NCBI GenBank assembly: GCA_001662655.1
Contig: KV460237.1
Strand: one strand, 5' to 3'
From: Pseudogymnoascus verrucosus
Lineage: Eukaryota
DNA length: 64,000 nucleotides
Of this stretch, positions 11,153-25,263 are shown piece by piece. Position numbers and translations under genes: made by a program. A model generated the notes under the pieces. It was not told where the DNA came from. It ran no database searches and saw only the letters and a list, made by a program, of their open reading frames with translations. Every line of letters starts with the position of its first letter. Position 1 is the first letter of the stretch.

Positions 11153-12046
11153 TTAGACAACGAACTTGGCCTTGGCACGCGTGCTGCCAGCATGTGCGCT
11201 ATCGGTATGTCCAGAGAACTCCACCACCTCATTCGCAGGAATTGTCAAGACCTCCTTAAACTTTCGGCCGATATTCTTGAGGATTTCCTGGCCTCTCTCC
11301 GTGGGTCGTCCTTTCCCTCCTGCAACGTCGCCGTCGCCTCCACCTGGGATGCTCTTTCCGATCGTCCTCGTCCACACACCCACACGGAAGAATCCCTTGC
11401 GTACATTAACAACAACTCCCATCACCTCCCCGTCGTTTTCCTCCTCGAGGGTTTCGCCGATAGCAGCAAGCATCACATGAAGCCACACGTCGTCGATCGC
11501 AACGCTGCGCTTGTCCTTGAACTGGTACGACCATTTGCCACCGTGCTTATTCTGGATATCCTCCCATTCTGGCCTTACTCCTTCTTTGAAGAGATGATAG
11601 TCAGACTTCAGAGCAAGCTCCGAGGTGGGGGTAATGTTGTTCTAGATATAAGTCAGAAACAAAACGGTATTGGAGAAAGAGGCCACTCATACGTAGACTC
11701 CCCAGAATTCCTCCACTGAATTGAAAGTGATGATCTCCTTGAGTAGCTCGTTCCAGTTATCTCCCTGGAAAGGATTTAGCATACGTTCGTTAGTTGGGTT
11801 ATATTCAGAAGTGTCTACCTTTCCAGTAGGTGGCTTGGTGAACCAGAGCGTCCATTTGTGCATTAAAGGATGCTTCACGTTGAAGTTATCGGGGTCGTGA
11901 AAGACAGTGATTTGCTCATCTCCAGTTGCCGCGGACTTTCCTTGGGGCTTATCTTGCCCAGCTGGGGAAATCGGGATGGTGGAGAGGTCGACGGGAGAAT
12001 CAGGCTTGGCATCGCCATTGGAAGGCATTTCGGACGCAGACGACAT
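11153..12046 (-). CDS. TIF45: Translation initiation factor eIF4E, 3 exons
   Basis: Motifs KHPLMHKWTLWF, SVEEFWGVY, SDYHLFKEGVRPEWED, and WLHVMLAAIGE...GVVVNVRK. Confidence 0.95.
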
Positions 12047-12864
12047 GGGTACAGGCTAGAGGAGCGAGATTGTCGCGGTTTGAAGTTGGCTTGGTGGGGT
12101 AGTGCAAGTCTTGGTGTTGTGTGTGGCGTCTGGATCGATGTTGAGTGTTCAATGCTGTCCACAGTATCGAATAATTAGACCCTCTTGTGATTAATCGGAG
12201 GAAGAAATGAGGTGAACCTGTCGTCAGGTGAATGGCAGGTGAGAAGATGCTGAAGAAGGCGAATTAGGTGAGGTGGAGGCTTGTTGAGTTTATTTGAGTG
12301 TGTAACTTGCACACTTTCCAGTGAAAAGAAAGGCGGCAGGCGGCTAGAAACAGAAAGTTTGACGCTAATGTGGGTGGTCCAGCACAACAAAAAGCTCGGG
12401 TGGCGCTTATTTCTGCTGGTGCAAACACCAGTCTGTCCCCTGCGCCCTGATACCTTTAGCCGCGTTTTTCTGTTGTCTTATGTAATCAATGGGGTTGAAG
12501 CATCGCCAAGCCAAATTATACACTCGAGAAATATATAGTCTTTTGAAGCACTTGCTCTAGTTTGTAACTTCACTTATTGGTTCAAAGTTTAGTCAAATAT
12601 ATCTATTTGTGAAGATTTGTGAAGATGAAGTACCCGTTATGGTTATATGACGTACTCATGGGCTCACGTTATCTTTTGTGACCCTTAAATGAATTATTCG
12701 GGTGAATCTAAGCTGCCCTCTAGTCTAGTCCATCTGCAGATACCGTGTGAATATAAGTACACGGATTTGAAGTCTATCTATATCGCCAAATAGAGGTCCC
12801 AGTTCACATTGCTACATCTCGATATCCTCGGTTTTCGCTAAAATTCATCCACCTATTTGCTCGC

Positions 12865-13485
12865 TCATTTGCTGATGTAGCTGAGATAACAGTTCCAGAA
12901 AATCGAGAGGCCATTGACAAAAAGCACCCGGTAATCGAGGGGAACAACTGAGAAGTTGACAACCTGCACAAACGGCCAGACCATCCAGTTGCTCTGTAGA
13001 GCTCCGGTGTATGTCTTGGCCAACTTCTCGCGGGGGCTTACACCCTCCAGGATGGACATGGTGCTCAGAAACACGAATAGGTTCGTTGGCGCAAACAGAA
13101 GCTGGTCAACTCCAACACGTGCACAAATCTCCAATTTCTTGTTTGGTAGTACGACTCTGGTCTGTAGAAACCTGAACCATGTTGTTGCTGCAGGTCCAAA
13201 AATCGCTATTCCGTCCAATTAGTACAAATTCAGGTACAGATCCTACCCCTTGCTGATCTTACCTCCGCCATATAATGCCATGCGGCCGGTACGAACGAAT
13301 TCATGCTTCTCAATCCCTTTGCGCTCCACGGCTTGCTGCGCCATAATATCCCCCGTCGCGAATAGTATCGCCGTGGTCACGCTCTGCGTAAGCATTGGGC
13401 GAGTCGCCAGCTTCATGCGGTACCTGTTGGCTGATTTTAGTCGTCAGGGTCTCAGCAAACGACATCCAACTCACCAGCGAAGCAT
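12865..13485 (-). CDS. SYM1: Mpv17/PMP22 family mitochondrial inner-membrane protein, 3 exons
   Basis: [34 protein letters not shown]...[10 protein letters not shown]|...DQLLFAP...[17 protein letters not shown]...WNCYLS. Confidence 0.93.
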
Positions 13486-14130
13486 AACTGCGAGTTCTCG
13501 TCTGTCTCGGGTTGGTTTTATGGGTTGGAGAATAAAGCACTCCAGAAATAATTATATTCAGTGCCTCGAGCCTTCTTTCCCAACAAAAATATCGTTATGT
13601 TGTTATGCCCCTTAGTTGAGTTAATTTTAGCTCCTTGTGGTCACCGGACTCGTTTAGCAATTGAAGAAGTTTTACTGTTGGATTTTGTGTAAGTTTATGA
13701 CTCGCATAGCACATTTCATTCGTGATCAGCCTCTAAATGCGCTGCTAAACTCCCAAAAGAAAGTTTCGCCTTGGTCTGCTTATGCAGAGATCACCTATCT
13801 ACTTTTTTACACCGCTCCATGAAGACTAGTGCCATCCGCGCCTCTGCCTTGCAACCTGCAAACGCAGGCGGTCACCAAACCGCACTGGCTACAGAGCCCC
13901 AGAGGCACCAGGGCAGTCAGCATTTTCTTATTACACTACGTTAACAAATTGATCGAACGGCTACCAGCGACGATTTAAGGTAAAATAATATTGTACATCA
14001 GTAAAGGACCCCAAGTATCCAATTAACTATGTAATAGAGGCGTCCCAGTATCATCCCAGGACGCCACCATCGTGGCTTAACGAGCTAGGCCAGATAAAGA
14101 GGAGGTATCATGGCTTAGGGCCAAACATAA

Positions 14131-16890
14131 CTATGAAAATTGCATCCCCGACTCCTCCCTCTGTCTCTTCCTTTCGCGTCTAGTTATGTATGATTTGGCG
14201 ATTTTCTTCGATGTCGGAGAGGTGATGGATGGAAGAGAAGGGAGTACATTATAAACCGGAGATTCAGATCCCAACGGTTTCGCGGGTTCTGATAGCTTCT
14301 CAGCGTCAATACCCACCGAGGACTTTACGTCTTGTGTCGATTTTGGCTGAGAACTATGTCGAAATGTGACTTCGTTTTGGTTAAATCCACTCCCGTTGCG
14401 GTTTTCACCACATAGTTCTCGTTCTCCGCCAGCGTCGATGGATATCGGTGGATGATCAAGCACCGGCGTTGAAAGACACTCCGATCGCCCAGCAACCTTT
14501 CCTGCACTGGGTTCCGGAGTAACATCACTAGCCCGACGGTCTTTGTCGTGGCCTTGTTGTAATTTGTCATGCGTCGAGAAGTGCCCTGGGGTATCATCAT
14601 CCTTGCTTGCATCCCAGTTGAAAGTCCCCAAGATTATAGAACCAGCCGAGCTGTGAGGACTCGGCATTGGCTTTTTTGGTTCCAAGGGTGACCCTAGAAA
14701 ACGTGCCTCTGGTAAGGAAGGCTGGTCTTTCTGCAAACGACTATAAGGAGTTCTTTCAATCTGCAGGACTGGAGACTGCTGCGACCTCGTTGAGGACACC
14801 GTTATAGCAGAAGCTGGGATGCGAGACAAGTAGATATCATCGGAAGACTGAATGACATCACCAATAGCATATGGTACGCTCTGCTCCATATCATCTTCTG
14901 AGTGAGGTATACTAGAATGGACGTTGTTGGTTAATGATCCACCTCCGTCTTTCAAATCCGTCCCATTATCGAACTTAATATCCGATGAATCTGAGAGACT
15001 TGGTAATATCGATGATAAATGAACATTACTGTCCATATTTAGCTTTCGACTGGGTGAACTATCTGGGCTGCTTGGCGCAGGGACTTGGTTCGTAGCCTGG
15101 AGCGAATGTGTATTTGAATGAGGCGGCGGAAAAGCTGACATGATTAATGGTTCGTTTTCATTTTTCGGGATAGGGCCCATTGATGATGCCCTTGAAGTTG
15201 GTGCCCACGACACGGCATCATCTTCTTCTGCCCCAACCGCGTCCAGTATAACAACCGGATCTTTTTGGGATGTGGTACGGCGAATGTTGTCGCTGAGATT
15301 TTCAGCCCGTTGGCTCTCATGATAATTATTTCGTGGGCTTGACACCTCAACCTCACGGGAAGAACCATCGTTGAGGCTACGTTTATTTGTGCCACTTTCC
15401 TTCGCTTCAAATGTATGGCCTGGCGTAGTAATAATTTGGTCGACAGTACCCACTACATGCTCGAGGGTAGAGGGCATGAAGCTGTCAGGTATATCAGATT
15501 GGAGACTTATATGCAATGATTCGATATCCGCTACGGAGGTGACCCACGACGCCGCGGTGGAGAGCTTCACAAGCTGCTTTTTGGGTATTATGACATGCTT
15601 GAGGGGGATTCGGTTCAACTTTCCCCAGGGGTTCTCTTGGAAGGAATTGAATGTTGGCTTATTCGTCGGTCGCGAGTTTAACCCGATATCCCTAATTGGC
15701 CTTGGCAGCTCTTTTTCTGAATGTGACGTGATGAGTCGTAATGGATCAACAAGAGGAGTTCCAGCATTACTTCCACGGTCGTTGGTACTTTGCGAACCCA
15801 CCCGGGGGTTCTCGCCAGGAAGTCCTTGCTTTGAGGGTACTATCGGCTTGCCGCTACCCTTATTCTCACCAACCGGCATACGTATAGCGCCGTTCCCGCG
15901 GCCTGTTAATCGGAGGAACTTTCGTTCATTGCTTTCTCCTGCACCACCTTCAATGGCTGCCGCCCGCTTATTATCTGACAGCGAAATAGGACGGCGTGAC
16001 TCAGGTATCCCACCCATCAAATTTGAAGATGGAGTGTTGGATTTTTTGTTTTTCCCTATTAGCCCGAGTAGTTGATTCCCGCGTAGGTTAACCGCCTTCA
16101 GATTCCTTGACGAAGGTGCCGACTTCTTTGTGACTTTGCTGTGTTTATCATAAATTTCCGGGGCTACTGGAGCCTGCGTTGCAAGTTGTCCATTTGGACT
16201 CCCCATTTCATCTCCCGAGGGGATCTCGGCCAGAGAACGTATAGGGGAGGTGCATTTATAACGGCTTCTGACCAAAGCCTCCTGCGGAGGCACTGTATTC
16301 TTCATTCGTGTCATCAGCTGTTGGACATCTTCAATTTCCTCAATCGGTACCGGAAAACCACGGTTAGATGAACCCTCGCCACCTTTCAAAACAAGACTAT
16401 CAATACTGAGTGTCACTTGTGGGACACCTTTTACTTTCGATTTGAATATCTGCGGCATCAGTCAATCAAGATAGTTCACAGCGAAGCCACGGGAAAGAAC
16501 GCTACCAAATAACACCCGCCAATCTCGAAAATGGCCCCAACAGTTCTATGTGGTAAGCGCCGGTCGTACCTATTCTCGAACTGTTTTCTTGCAGCTTCCG
16601 ATAAACTCGCACGGATTTGACAGGACACGTCCGAGACCGAAATGTTGGTAAAAGGTGCCTTCCGTTGACCATTAAACTAGGAAAGTGTCAGTCTGCAGTT
16701 GCAGGATCCTCCGTGAGTTAGCACTGACATCAATAATTTGCACTGCTCTTGTGCCAGATAGATGCACTCGCATAGCATTATCATGGCCCTTAGTGGTATC
16801 CTGGAAAGAATTCTGCGTCGAATCAAGTAAAAGCTTCTTCGCTTCCACAATAACTGTTCCGCATATCCACTGCTGCAGCTCGGGCTCCAT
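14131..16890 (-). CDS. Putative TPP1/Est3-like OB-fold telomere protein with a long disordered tail, 3 exons
   Basis: N-terminal LQQWI...VQIID|...FSVSD...IRASLS..A..F......R...T.GAIFEI resembles the TPP1/Est3 OB domain. It is followed by ~750 aa of S/P-rich sequence. MCB elements lie upstream. Confidence 0.62.
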
Positions 16891-17157
16891 CCTCTACGGA
16901 CATGGGCAAGGCTGCAGTACTTTGCAACACTTGTCGGGCTTGAGCGTGTATGTGGTGATTGGAAAAAAGCAACTGCACGCAAGCTGTTCCGAGGAGCTCC
17001 TTGGAGAGAATAGCAATCAAGCTTGTGGATGAAAGGCGCTACCTGCCATACCTCGTCTTCAACTTCAAATGCCTAGGGAGATGCTTTTGGGTATGCTGGT
17101 TCCTCTCTGGCTGATTTTTGGAGACATAGGGTGATCAAGACATTCTCGATCTAGACG

Positions 17158-17217
17158 ACGCGTTTGTCCGAGGGGTGACGCGTCGGCTTCAACGAGTGGA
17201 CGCGAGTATCACGTGAC
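17158..17217. promoter_or_regulatory. MCB cluster (ACGCGT x2, ACGCGA) plus TCACGTGAC E-box in a divergent promoter
   Basis: ACGCGT at 17158-17163 and 17178-17183, ACGCGA at 17200-17205, TCACGTGAC at 17209-17217. Confidence 0.6.
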
Positions 17218-17722
17218 CAAACTTTAACTTTGGTGTTTGTGGGGTAAGTTGGAGTAACCTAGCAGTGGAGTCGCCAGCGACGTAATTACCTCGTCAGGTA
17301 TACAGCAGATAGCTTGTGTTGCCTTTCATGGTACTGTACTGTGGTCCAGCAGCACGACTCTTACGAACCACCTGAGCCCTTATGCCACAGCCACTCCCGA
17401 CAGTATATTATTATGACAAATGTGTGCTTTCATGCATTTGAAAGGTTTCTATCGCACGCCGAGGAGTGCCCAATGAGCATATCCTGTTGACGATGCGCTT
17501 TCTATCAAACAGTATGCGCGAGCTATACAACCTCACAGATACTGTAACAACAGCTGACCCTGACCAGATTCTGGGCGAGAGGACTGATAGCTTACACAGC
17601 CCTACGAAACTTACACTCGAGCCGCTCGATTTCGACAATCCGCGCTGCCGTTAGCACTGAATCAACCGCCAGTATCGAATCGATGACATAGTTTCATTTG
17701 AGATACAAGCATCACCTACGAC

Positions 17723-20700
17723 ATGTCCTCACAAGATTCGCAGCAGAATTCTTCCTCTTCGAGGATGATGGCCAGCCTTCCATCTGGACTCCGGTCTAGA
17801 CGGGGCTCTCTCGCGTCACTAGGAGGATCGTCACAGGCGGACAAAGAACAGCTGACCCAAGCTCTCGATGCTATCCACAATACTGCGTCTCACTCGGAAA
17901 CGTTGACAACGTTTAATGAATTTGCTTCTCCTCCTTCATCCTCGTCAGGCGTTGAATCAAAGGGTATCGCCGGCGAACTGATGCAAAATGGGCTCAGTGG
18001 TCTATACAGTCGGTTTAGGGGTGTCGTGGGCGCCTCAAAAGACAAAGGTAGTCAACCCGTGGTCAAGAATAACGCCGACAGTCGTGAAAAGCCGTCAACC
18101 CAAGACCAGAACTTTGCCACCAGTACCGCGAACTCATCGGTGCCCGCCATCGCCAGGGAAGAATTGAACCTAAACGACTCTATTGGTGAGGTGGTCTCAG
18201 ATCCACCTCCTGGACAGCCGCCAATTATATCAGCTTCTACAACCCAATCTGGCAGCAGTTCGCAGTTATATCAGTCATCCAAAGCGCCGACTCACTTTAC
18301 TCCGACAACTGCCAAAGCATTACTATCATCGCGGCCAGGCATGACTTCTAGAAGCGAGTCAACCGCCGCAGCTGTTGCTCCCACAACGACACCTGTCAAC
18401 ATAGCAGCATCAGAAGATCGAGAAAGTATAGCAGATTCTTCAAAAGAGCCCGGCGAGAGTGACTCGGTTAACCATTTCATGCATCGAAGGACAAGCCACG
18501 TCCCGCTACGTGCACACCCCATTGAAGATTCGGATACGTTTGATGCCAAACATTCTGATATTTCTAATCCGGAACAAGCCCATGGGCTAGGGGGTTTACC
18601 CTTGACGCCTGGTTTAACCACATCTTTGGGGACGGAAATGTCGATAATTGAAGAGCCAGAAGACACCTCAGCTACAACCAGCCGTCGATCTGCAAAGTCA
18701 TCACAACGCCCTTTAGATGCGCATGCTGCATTATCAGCCAACCATGCAAGCCAAAAATTGAACCAGCCCACAGCAATTGACAGATTTACACAATCACATT
18801 TACCAGGGTATCAACCATCGAGGGCTTCGTCAACGGAACGCAGTGCTACGGAAACTAGTCCTGTGAACACTTCCACCCGTAATAGCCTCAACCACGAGCT
18901 GTTTTATGCTGATGAGATCCACCATGGCCGCCCTACTGGCGCAAACCGCGCCGCAGGTTCTACTCTGAATAAGGGGGGACCGAATGTCGTCAACACTAGA
19001 CTAGAGCAAATGAGAAAGCAAGTCCTGAGTAAGGAATTTTGGATGGCTGATGAGATATGTAAGGAATGCTTTCTGTGTGGTGATGCATTTACTGCGTTCA
19101 GAAGGAAACATCATTGCCGAACCTGTGGGTGCATTTTTGATTCAAAGTGCACTTCAATAATCTCTGGCGAGCGCTTTGGTGTCCAAGGAACATTGAGAGT
19201 GTGCAGAACATGTCTGGATATTATCAATAGACGCCATGACAGTAGTGGATCTGACGATGAATCTGGTGACGATACATTTCTTCCGACATCCTTCTTCCAA
19301 TCTCACCAGACGAGACTAAATAGCATGAAGGATGACCGTGCAAGCGAGGAAGGGCCTGATGGAAGTTTCACTGGTAGGAGCCTCAATGGAGACTCCGTTG
19401 GCTCTGTGACGACGCCGATGATGGCCATCCCAGCAACACGACGCATAGGCGACTCTGAAAATAGGAAATCTGCAGTTTTGGAAATTGATGCGCCTCAACT
19501 TGGCAGACCAAGCTCTTCTCGTTCCTTAAGAGCGCTATCGTTGAGTCGACCGTTGTCTTCGGGCCAGAAGGCGAACCAACCAAAACATAACTTTCTAGGC
19601 CGTTTTAGGTCAACAGCAGCAGAACGACCACCGTTCCACAGTAACTCAGCCGCGGATGAGATAAAGAAACGGTCAAGACTTCCGGCATTGCATGACGACA
19701 ATATCATTGATCCGGACTTAGCCCCTTACATGTCAGACGATGAATCGAGCGGAGACGAGCAGATGAGTATATTCACTGCTTTGAATGGCAGTGCCGGTAT
19801 TAGTACCAGCTATGAAAACGAAAAGTCTGCCTTTGGGTCACTCCTGAATGCTACAAAGAAGCACCGATCCCGTGCCGGTGAAAAAAGTATTAGTGGCTTG
19901 AGTTTTAGTGGACGACCTGTTGAGGATAACAGTTGGGCCGGCTCCGTTAGCCATGGCCGACCTAATCGTAGACGAAATCTGAGTACTTCAAGCAATGTAC
20001 ACATTGCCCGGGGGTCCCCAAGGCAGAACAAGCCTGGACCTCTCACGTATAACTACGGCGAACTGAGCGAAGAATCTACCATTCCAAGAGACGACCCACT
20101 GGAACCGTCGTCTCACAGAGCTTCTAAGATGACCCGCAGTGCATCCATGAGGAATTCCAAGGCTCCAGCAGTGGAATTGAACAATGCAAGCCTTCACCAT
20201 GTCCGGCGCCTCTTACGACAATTACTTCAAGACGCCTGCGTGGAAAATGTCGCATCATGGGAGAAGGCATTAATTCCAATCCTACTACAATGTACTGACG
20301 ATGTCAACCCGGATGTACGCCGTGGGGATGATATTGATATCAGGCATTACGTCAAGTTGAAAAAAATACCTGGGGGAAAGCCTGGGGATACCTCCTACGT
20401 CTCGGGGGTTGTTTTCACTAAAAATCTTGCGTTGAAGAGCATGGCGCGCAGTATATCGCAGCCACGAATAGTGATTATCTCATTCCCCATTGAGTATCAG
20501 CGACATCAACAGCATTTTATGAGCCTTGAACCTGTCATAGCGCAGGAGAAAGACTTTCTGAAGAATATGGTGAACCGAATTGCCTCTCTTCGGCCTCATG
20601 TTGTGCTTATACAGAGTCATATCTCTGGCCTAGCTCTTCAATACCTTGCGGAGGCTAACATTGCCGTTGCCTACAATGTCAAACAATCAGTTATTGAAGC

Positions 20701-23700
20701 GGTTTCGAGATTCGCTCAGACTGAAATTATCTCATCCATAGATATGGTTGCACTTAAACCTGTCCATGTTGGCAAGAGCGCAGGGTTTGATGTCAAAACA
20801 TACGTACACAATGATATTCCGGGCACCAGAAAGACTTGCATATATATATCGGGGTGTCCCAAGGAGCTCGGCTGCACCATTGTCCTTCGTGGTGCAAGTA
20901 TGGCTGTTCTTTCTACAATGAAGCGAATTACCGAGTTTATGGTTTATGTAGTATACAACTTGAAGCTGGAGACTTGTCTCATGCGAGATGAGTTTGTTCT
21001 CATACCTGCAATCACAGAAGACTACGGGACTCCTACCCCCAGCAGCAAAAGCGCGCTTGAAAAGACCGACACCAATAATTCACCTGTGGAACCGGTTCAA
21101 AAAGCTGTACAGGTTACCAGCAATGAGACCGATAGTACAAAGTCTATCGACGAGGCGACAACCGGGCACAATGAAAGCCAGGAGTCTTCTGGAGAACTGG
21201 GAGACAATGGCCCGCAACCAGGCTTCCCACAAGCCACTATTAATACCACTGCGGAAACACCAATTCAAGACAGCCACCCAGATGTACAGCCAAAACTTAT
21301 CTCGGCCCATGAGTCGCATGTTCATGATACCCAGGTGTTGCCTGAAGATATTCCAATGCCGACTTTCTATAGCGACATGGTTGCGAAACATCAAACAAAA
21401 ATACTCTCAGCCTCTCCGTTTGTGAAGTTTACGCAACCCTATCTTCTCATGAATGCTCGGGAGCAGGAACGCCGCCTAGTCTATCTTAAACGGCTTCGTG
21501 ACCAGGACACGTTTGAAGACCAAACAGACGTGGAGAAAGCCAACCCACAGCGATTTCAATTGATCCATCCTGAAATGGTCCATGGAACGGTTAGGGGAGC
21601 TCCCAGGCAGATAATGGAGGTCCTTCATGCAGTGCATGATGCAGAGTATGATAAAGCTCTTCACAATTATCAAACACAAAAGCGACAATGGGAGAACTAT
21701 ATCCAGGGCAACCTGAATCTGTTCGACCCTTACAGCCACCAGAACATAGTTGTTCTTTACACTGTTGTTTGCACAGCCACGACGGTGCCATGTGCTGGAC
21801 CCGATTTAACTGCCATGGCTTTCTATAATGAACACGAGACGTCCAACGATTTCTTCCCCGACTGCACATTAGGGCAGTACGTTGAAGACCTATGCCTTAC
21901 AGTAGACGCAGTCTGTGCTTCCAATGGCTGCGAACGCAAGATGTCAGAGCACCATAGGACGTATGTGCATGGCGAAGCTAGAATTACCGTCTTCGTTGAA
22001 GCATCACCATGTAAGCTCAATGGATTGCAAGATTCAATATTGATGTGGAGCTATTGCAAAATTTGCAAAAAGGAGACCCAGGTCATGCCGATGTCAGAGA
22101 GCACCTGGAAGTACTCCTTTGGCAAATACCTAGAACTGTCTTTCTGGAGCACCGAGCTAAGACTTCGTGCCGGGTTTTGTCCCCATGACCTCCATCGAAA
22201 CCATTTGCGATATTTCGGTTTTCGGAATGCGACCATGCGAATACACTATGACCCGATCGATTTACTCGAGATCGTCGTCCCACGAACCAGGATTACATGG
22301 AAAGTTGACAACGACTTGAGGCTGAAGAATGACTTATTCACAAAAACCGAAGACAGGTGGAATCGCTTCATGGCATCAGTCAAATCGCGTATTAAAGGGA
22401 TCAATATCGACAGCGTCGTTAGCGACAAAGTTGAGGCCTGTATGGCCGAGGTTGAAACCCTTTCTCAGAGGGCACAAGACGAACATGCATCATTATTAAA
22501 TAAACTACAGGAGAAGTATATGGAGTCCAAGTATTACGAGATAATCCCCATGAACCGAGCTATCCGTGCTATGCAAGAAAGAGTTGCGGAGTGGGATACG
22601 GCGTTTACTGATTTTGATCGAAACTTCTTCCCATCCGAGAAGGATATCAGGCGTCTTGCTGCCCTTCAACTAAAGAATTTATTTCTCGACCGCGATGCAT
22701 CCACGACTCCGAACGAAACGCCTGATCAATCACAGGATATTTACGAGAGACAATCTGACGAGGGACAATCCAGTAAAGTCACCAACTCGGTTCACGACAA
22801 TACTGATATGCCTCCCACTGAATTTCAAGGAACGCTCGCTCCACTTGTCGAGGAATCAGTTTCTATAGACGATGCAGCCCTCAAAGTTCCGCGCCCACAA
22901 GGCACCGAAGCACTGAATTCGACTAAAAGTCAAGATACTGTACACCACCTTGATCTTGCAATTCCGTGGGTTGCGACGGGTGATGATGCCCCAGCGGTCA
23001 ACTCCCCCGTCGACCAAACTGGTTCGCCTTTGCCAAGCTCTGAAAGCAAACTCGTTGCTAACTCCGACAACACTTTATCATCCCAGCTAGGGCCACATGA
23101 TTCAGAGGCAGACACTCCAAAAACTCCGCAGCAGGTGCGGGAAAAAAGTCAAGCAGACTTGCGTGAAGGGGCAACTACCAACCCGGAGCCGTCTGGTATC
23201 CCGAGGCCAAGCGATCGAAACGCTGGTCGACGCAGCGGACTCGCTGTATCACCCCCAATACTCCGCACTCAGTCACAACCGGCGGTAACACTGCGGCGCA
23301 CGCAACCTGCGGCATTGAGGGCATTCAACATCGCAGCTAGGGAAAAGGCCAACGCGGTCGGCATTCCTCCCGACTCGACGATTCCTCTAGGGGCTTTCTC
23401 CGGCGAGCAAACAAAAGACAAACGGCTCTCTGATAGATTGGGTTTAGGATCCCTTAAAAGCACCAGAAAGCCCGGGCACTCTTTGATTCCTCGTTCTATC
23501 CATAGCAAGGGAAGGGAAACTAAGGTATCTACGTTAGCCAAACATTTTGAACAGCTCAGTCGAGAATTTGAGAAGGAGCGCTTGCGTGACAAGAAGCAAC
23601 GCGCAGCGAAGGTCACGCAATCTAGAGCGTTCCCAAAGGCATCGTCGAAACCTATCGTCGAAGTCTACAAGGATGTCAACGAGGCAGTTGAAGAACGCGG

Positions 23701-25263
23701 CCCTTCTGAAGAAGGTTTGCGGCCTAGAAATCAGTTTTCATCCAATATCGAGTCGACAGGCCCAACAGATGGCATTTCGAATGCAAACACCAAATCAAAA
23801 CTGGATGCTCCAGCCCATATAGATACTTCTGTCGCGGGGGAAGACACGGTAACAGAAGTAGAAACAGACGACAACCAGCAAACCCTGAGTCAGACAGCTT
23901 CGGATGATGAGGCTGCTGCGAGCGACACAGAGCATTCATTTTTAGAAGATATGCCAAGTATTAAAGATATCACGGAATCTTTAGGGGTTTCCGAAACAAT
24001 CTCAGAAGTTGACTTACCAAAACATGAGAAAACAAGTCTCATGAAGATGCTGACCAACTTCTGGGCAGAACGATCAGCAAGTGGCTGGACGCAACTAGAA
24101 TATCCGCTGCATGCCACAGACCATGTCTTCGTCGACTCGGATGTCATTGTTAGGGAGGATGAGCCTAGTTCCCTTATTGCCTTTTCGTTAAGCTCACAGG
24201 ATTACATTGAGAAATTACATGCCATCCGGCAGCAAGGCCAAACAAACATGCCGGAGAGGACATCCGGACAGGAGCATTATAACTCCGCAGAGGCTGACGT
24301 CGAGACGTCGCTGCTCAGGGCAACTGGAACGCATTTGAAGTACCAATTCGCCGAAGGGTCTGCTAAGATGCTGTGCAAGATTTTCTATGCTGAACAATTC
24401 GATGCTGTCCGCCGTAAATGTGGCGCGTCAGATAGGATAGTAGAATCACTATCACGATGCTTGAAGTGGGATTCAAAGGGCGGCAAGACTAAGTCTGTCT
24501 TTTTGAAAACACTTGACGAGAGACTCGTTCTAAAATCATTGTCTCCTGTTGAGACTCAAGCATTCTTGAGGTTTGCTCCTGCATACTTCAATATCATGGC
24601 CGAGGCACTATTCCATGAGCTGCCCAGTGTTATCGCCAAGATGTTAGGGTTCTATCAGATTATCATCAAGAATCCCGTCACTGGGACTGAGATAAAATGG
24701 GATGTGCTAGTCATGGAGAATCTATTTTACGACCGTGCCCCTACTCGGATATTCGACCTAAAAGGCTCTATGCGCAATCGCAAAATCCAGTCTACGGGTG
24801 AGCAAAATGAAGTTCTTCTAGACGAAAACATGGTCGAATTTATTTACGAGTCACCCCTTTTTGCCCGTGAGCACTCCAAGAAGTTACTAAAAGCATCCGT
24901 GTGGAACGACACGCTATTCTTAGCAAGGCAGGATGTAATGGATTATTCTTTGATGGTGGCTGTTGACGAGGCGAGGAAAGAGCTTGTGGTGGGAATTATC
25001 GATTGCATCAGAACTTACACCTGGGACAAGAAGCTTGAGTCCTGGATCAAAGACCGTGGTTTTGCCGGCGGTGGCAGAAATAGGCCCACCGTAACAAGTC
25101 CGAAGGAGTATAAGAGCCGTTTCCGAGAAGCAATGGACAGATACGTGCTACAAGCACCAAAGTAAGCTGGTTGAACGTTGTTTCTAGTCGAATTGTGTTA
25201 GCTAACAGGGTTATTAGTTGCTGGCACCACTTCGGCGGTTATGACGCGAGGGCATTGAAATAG
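17723..25263 (+). CDS. FAB1: 1-phosphatidylinositol-3-phosphate 5-kinase (FYVE, CCT-like and PIPK domains)
   Basis: FYVE motif WMAD...RRKHHCRTCG, YVKLKKIPGG, kinase motifs GGKTKS, FDLKGS, MDYSL and GIIDCIRTYTWDK. A short last exon (25218-25263) gives ...PNCWHHFGGYDARALK*. Confidence 0.97.

Noticed and set aside
9875..16075. Long opposite-strand ORFs (9875-10585, 11063-11719, 15371-16075)
   Set aside because: Each overlaps a better-supported gene on the other strand.
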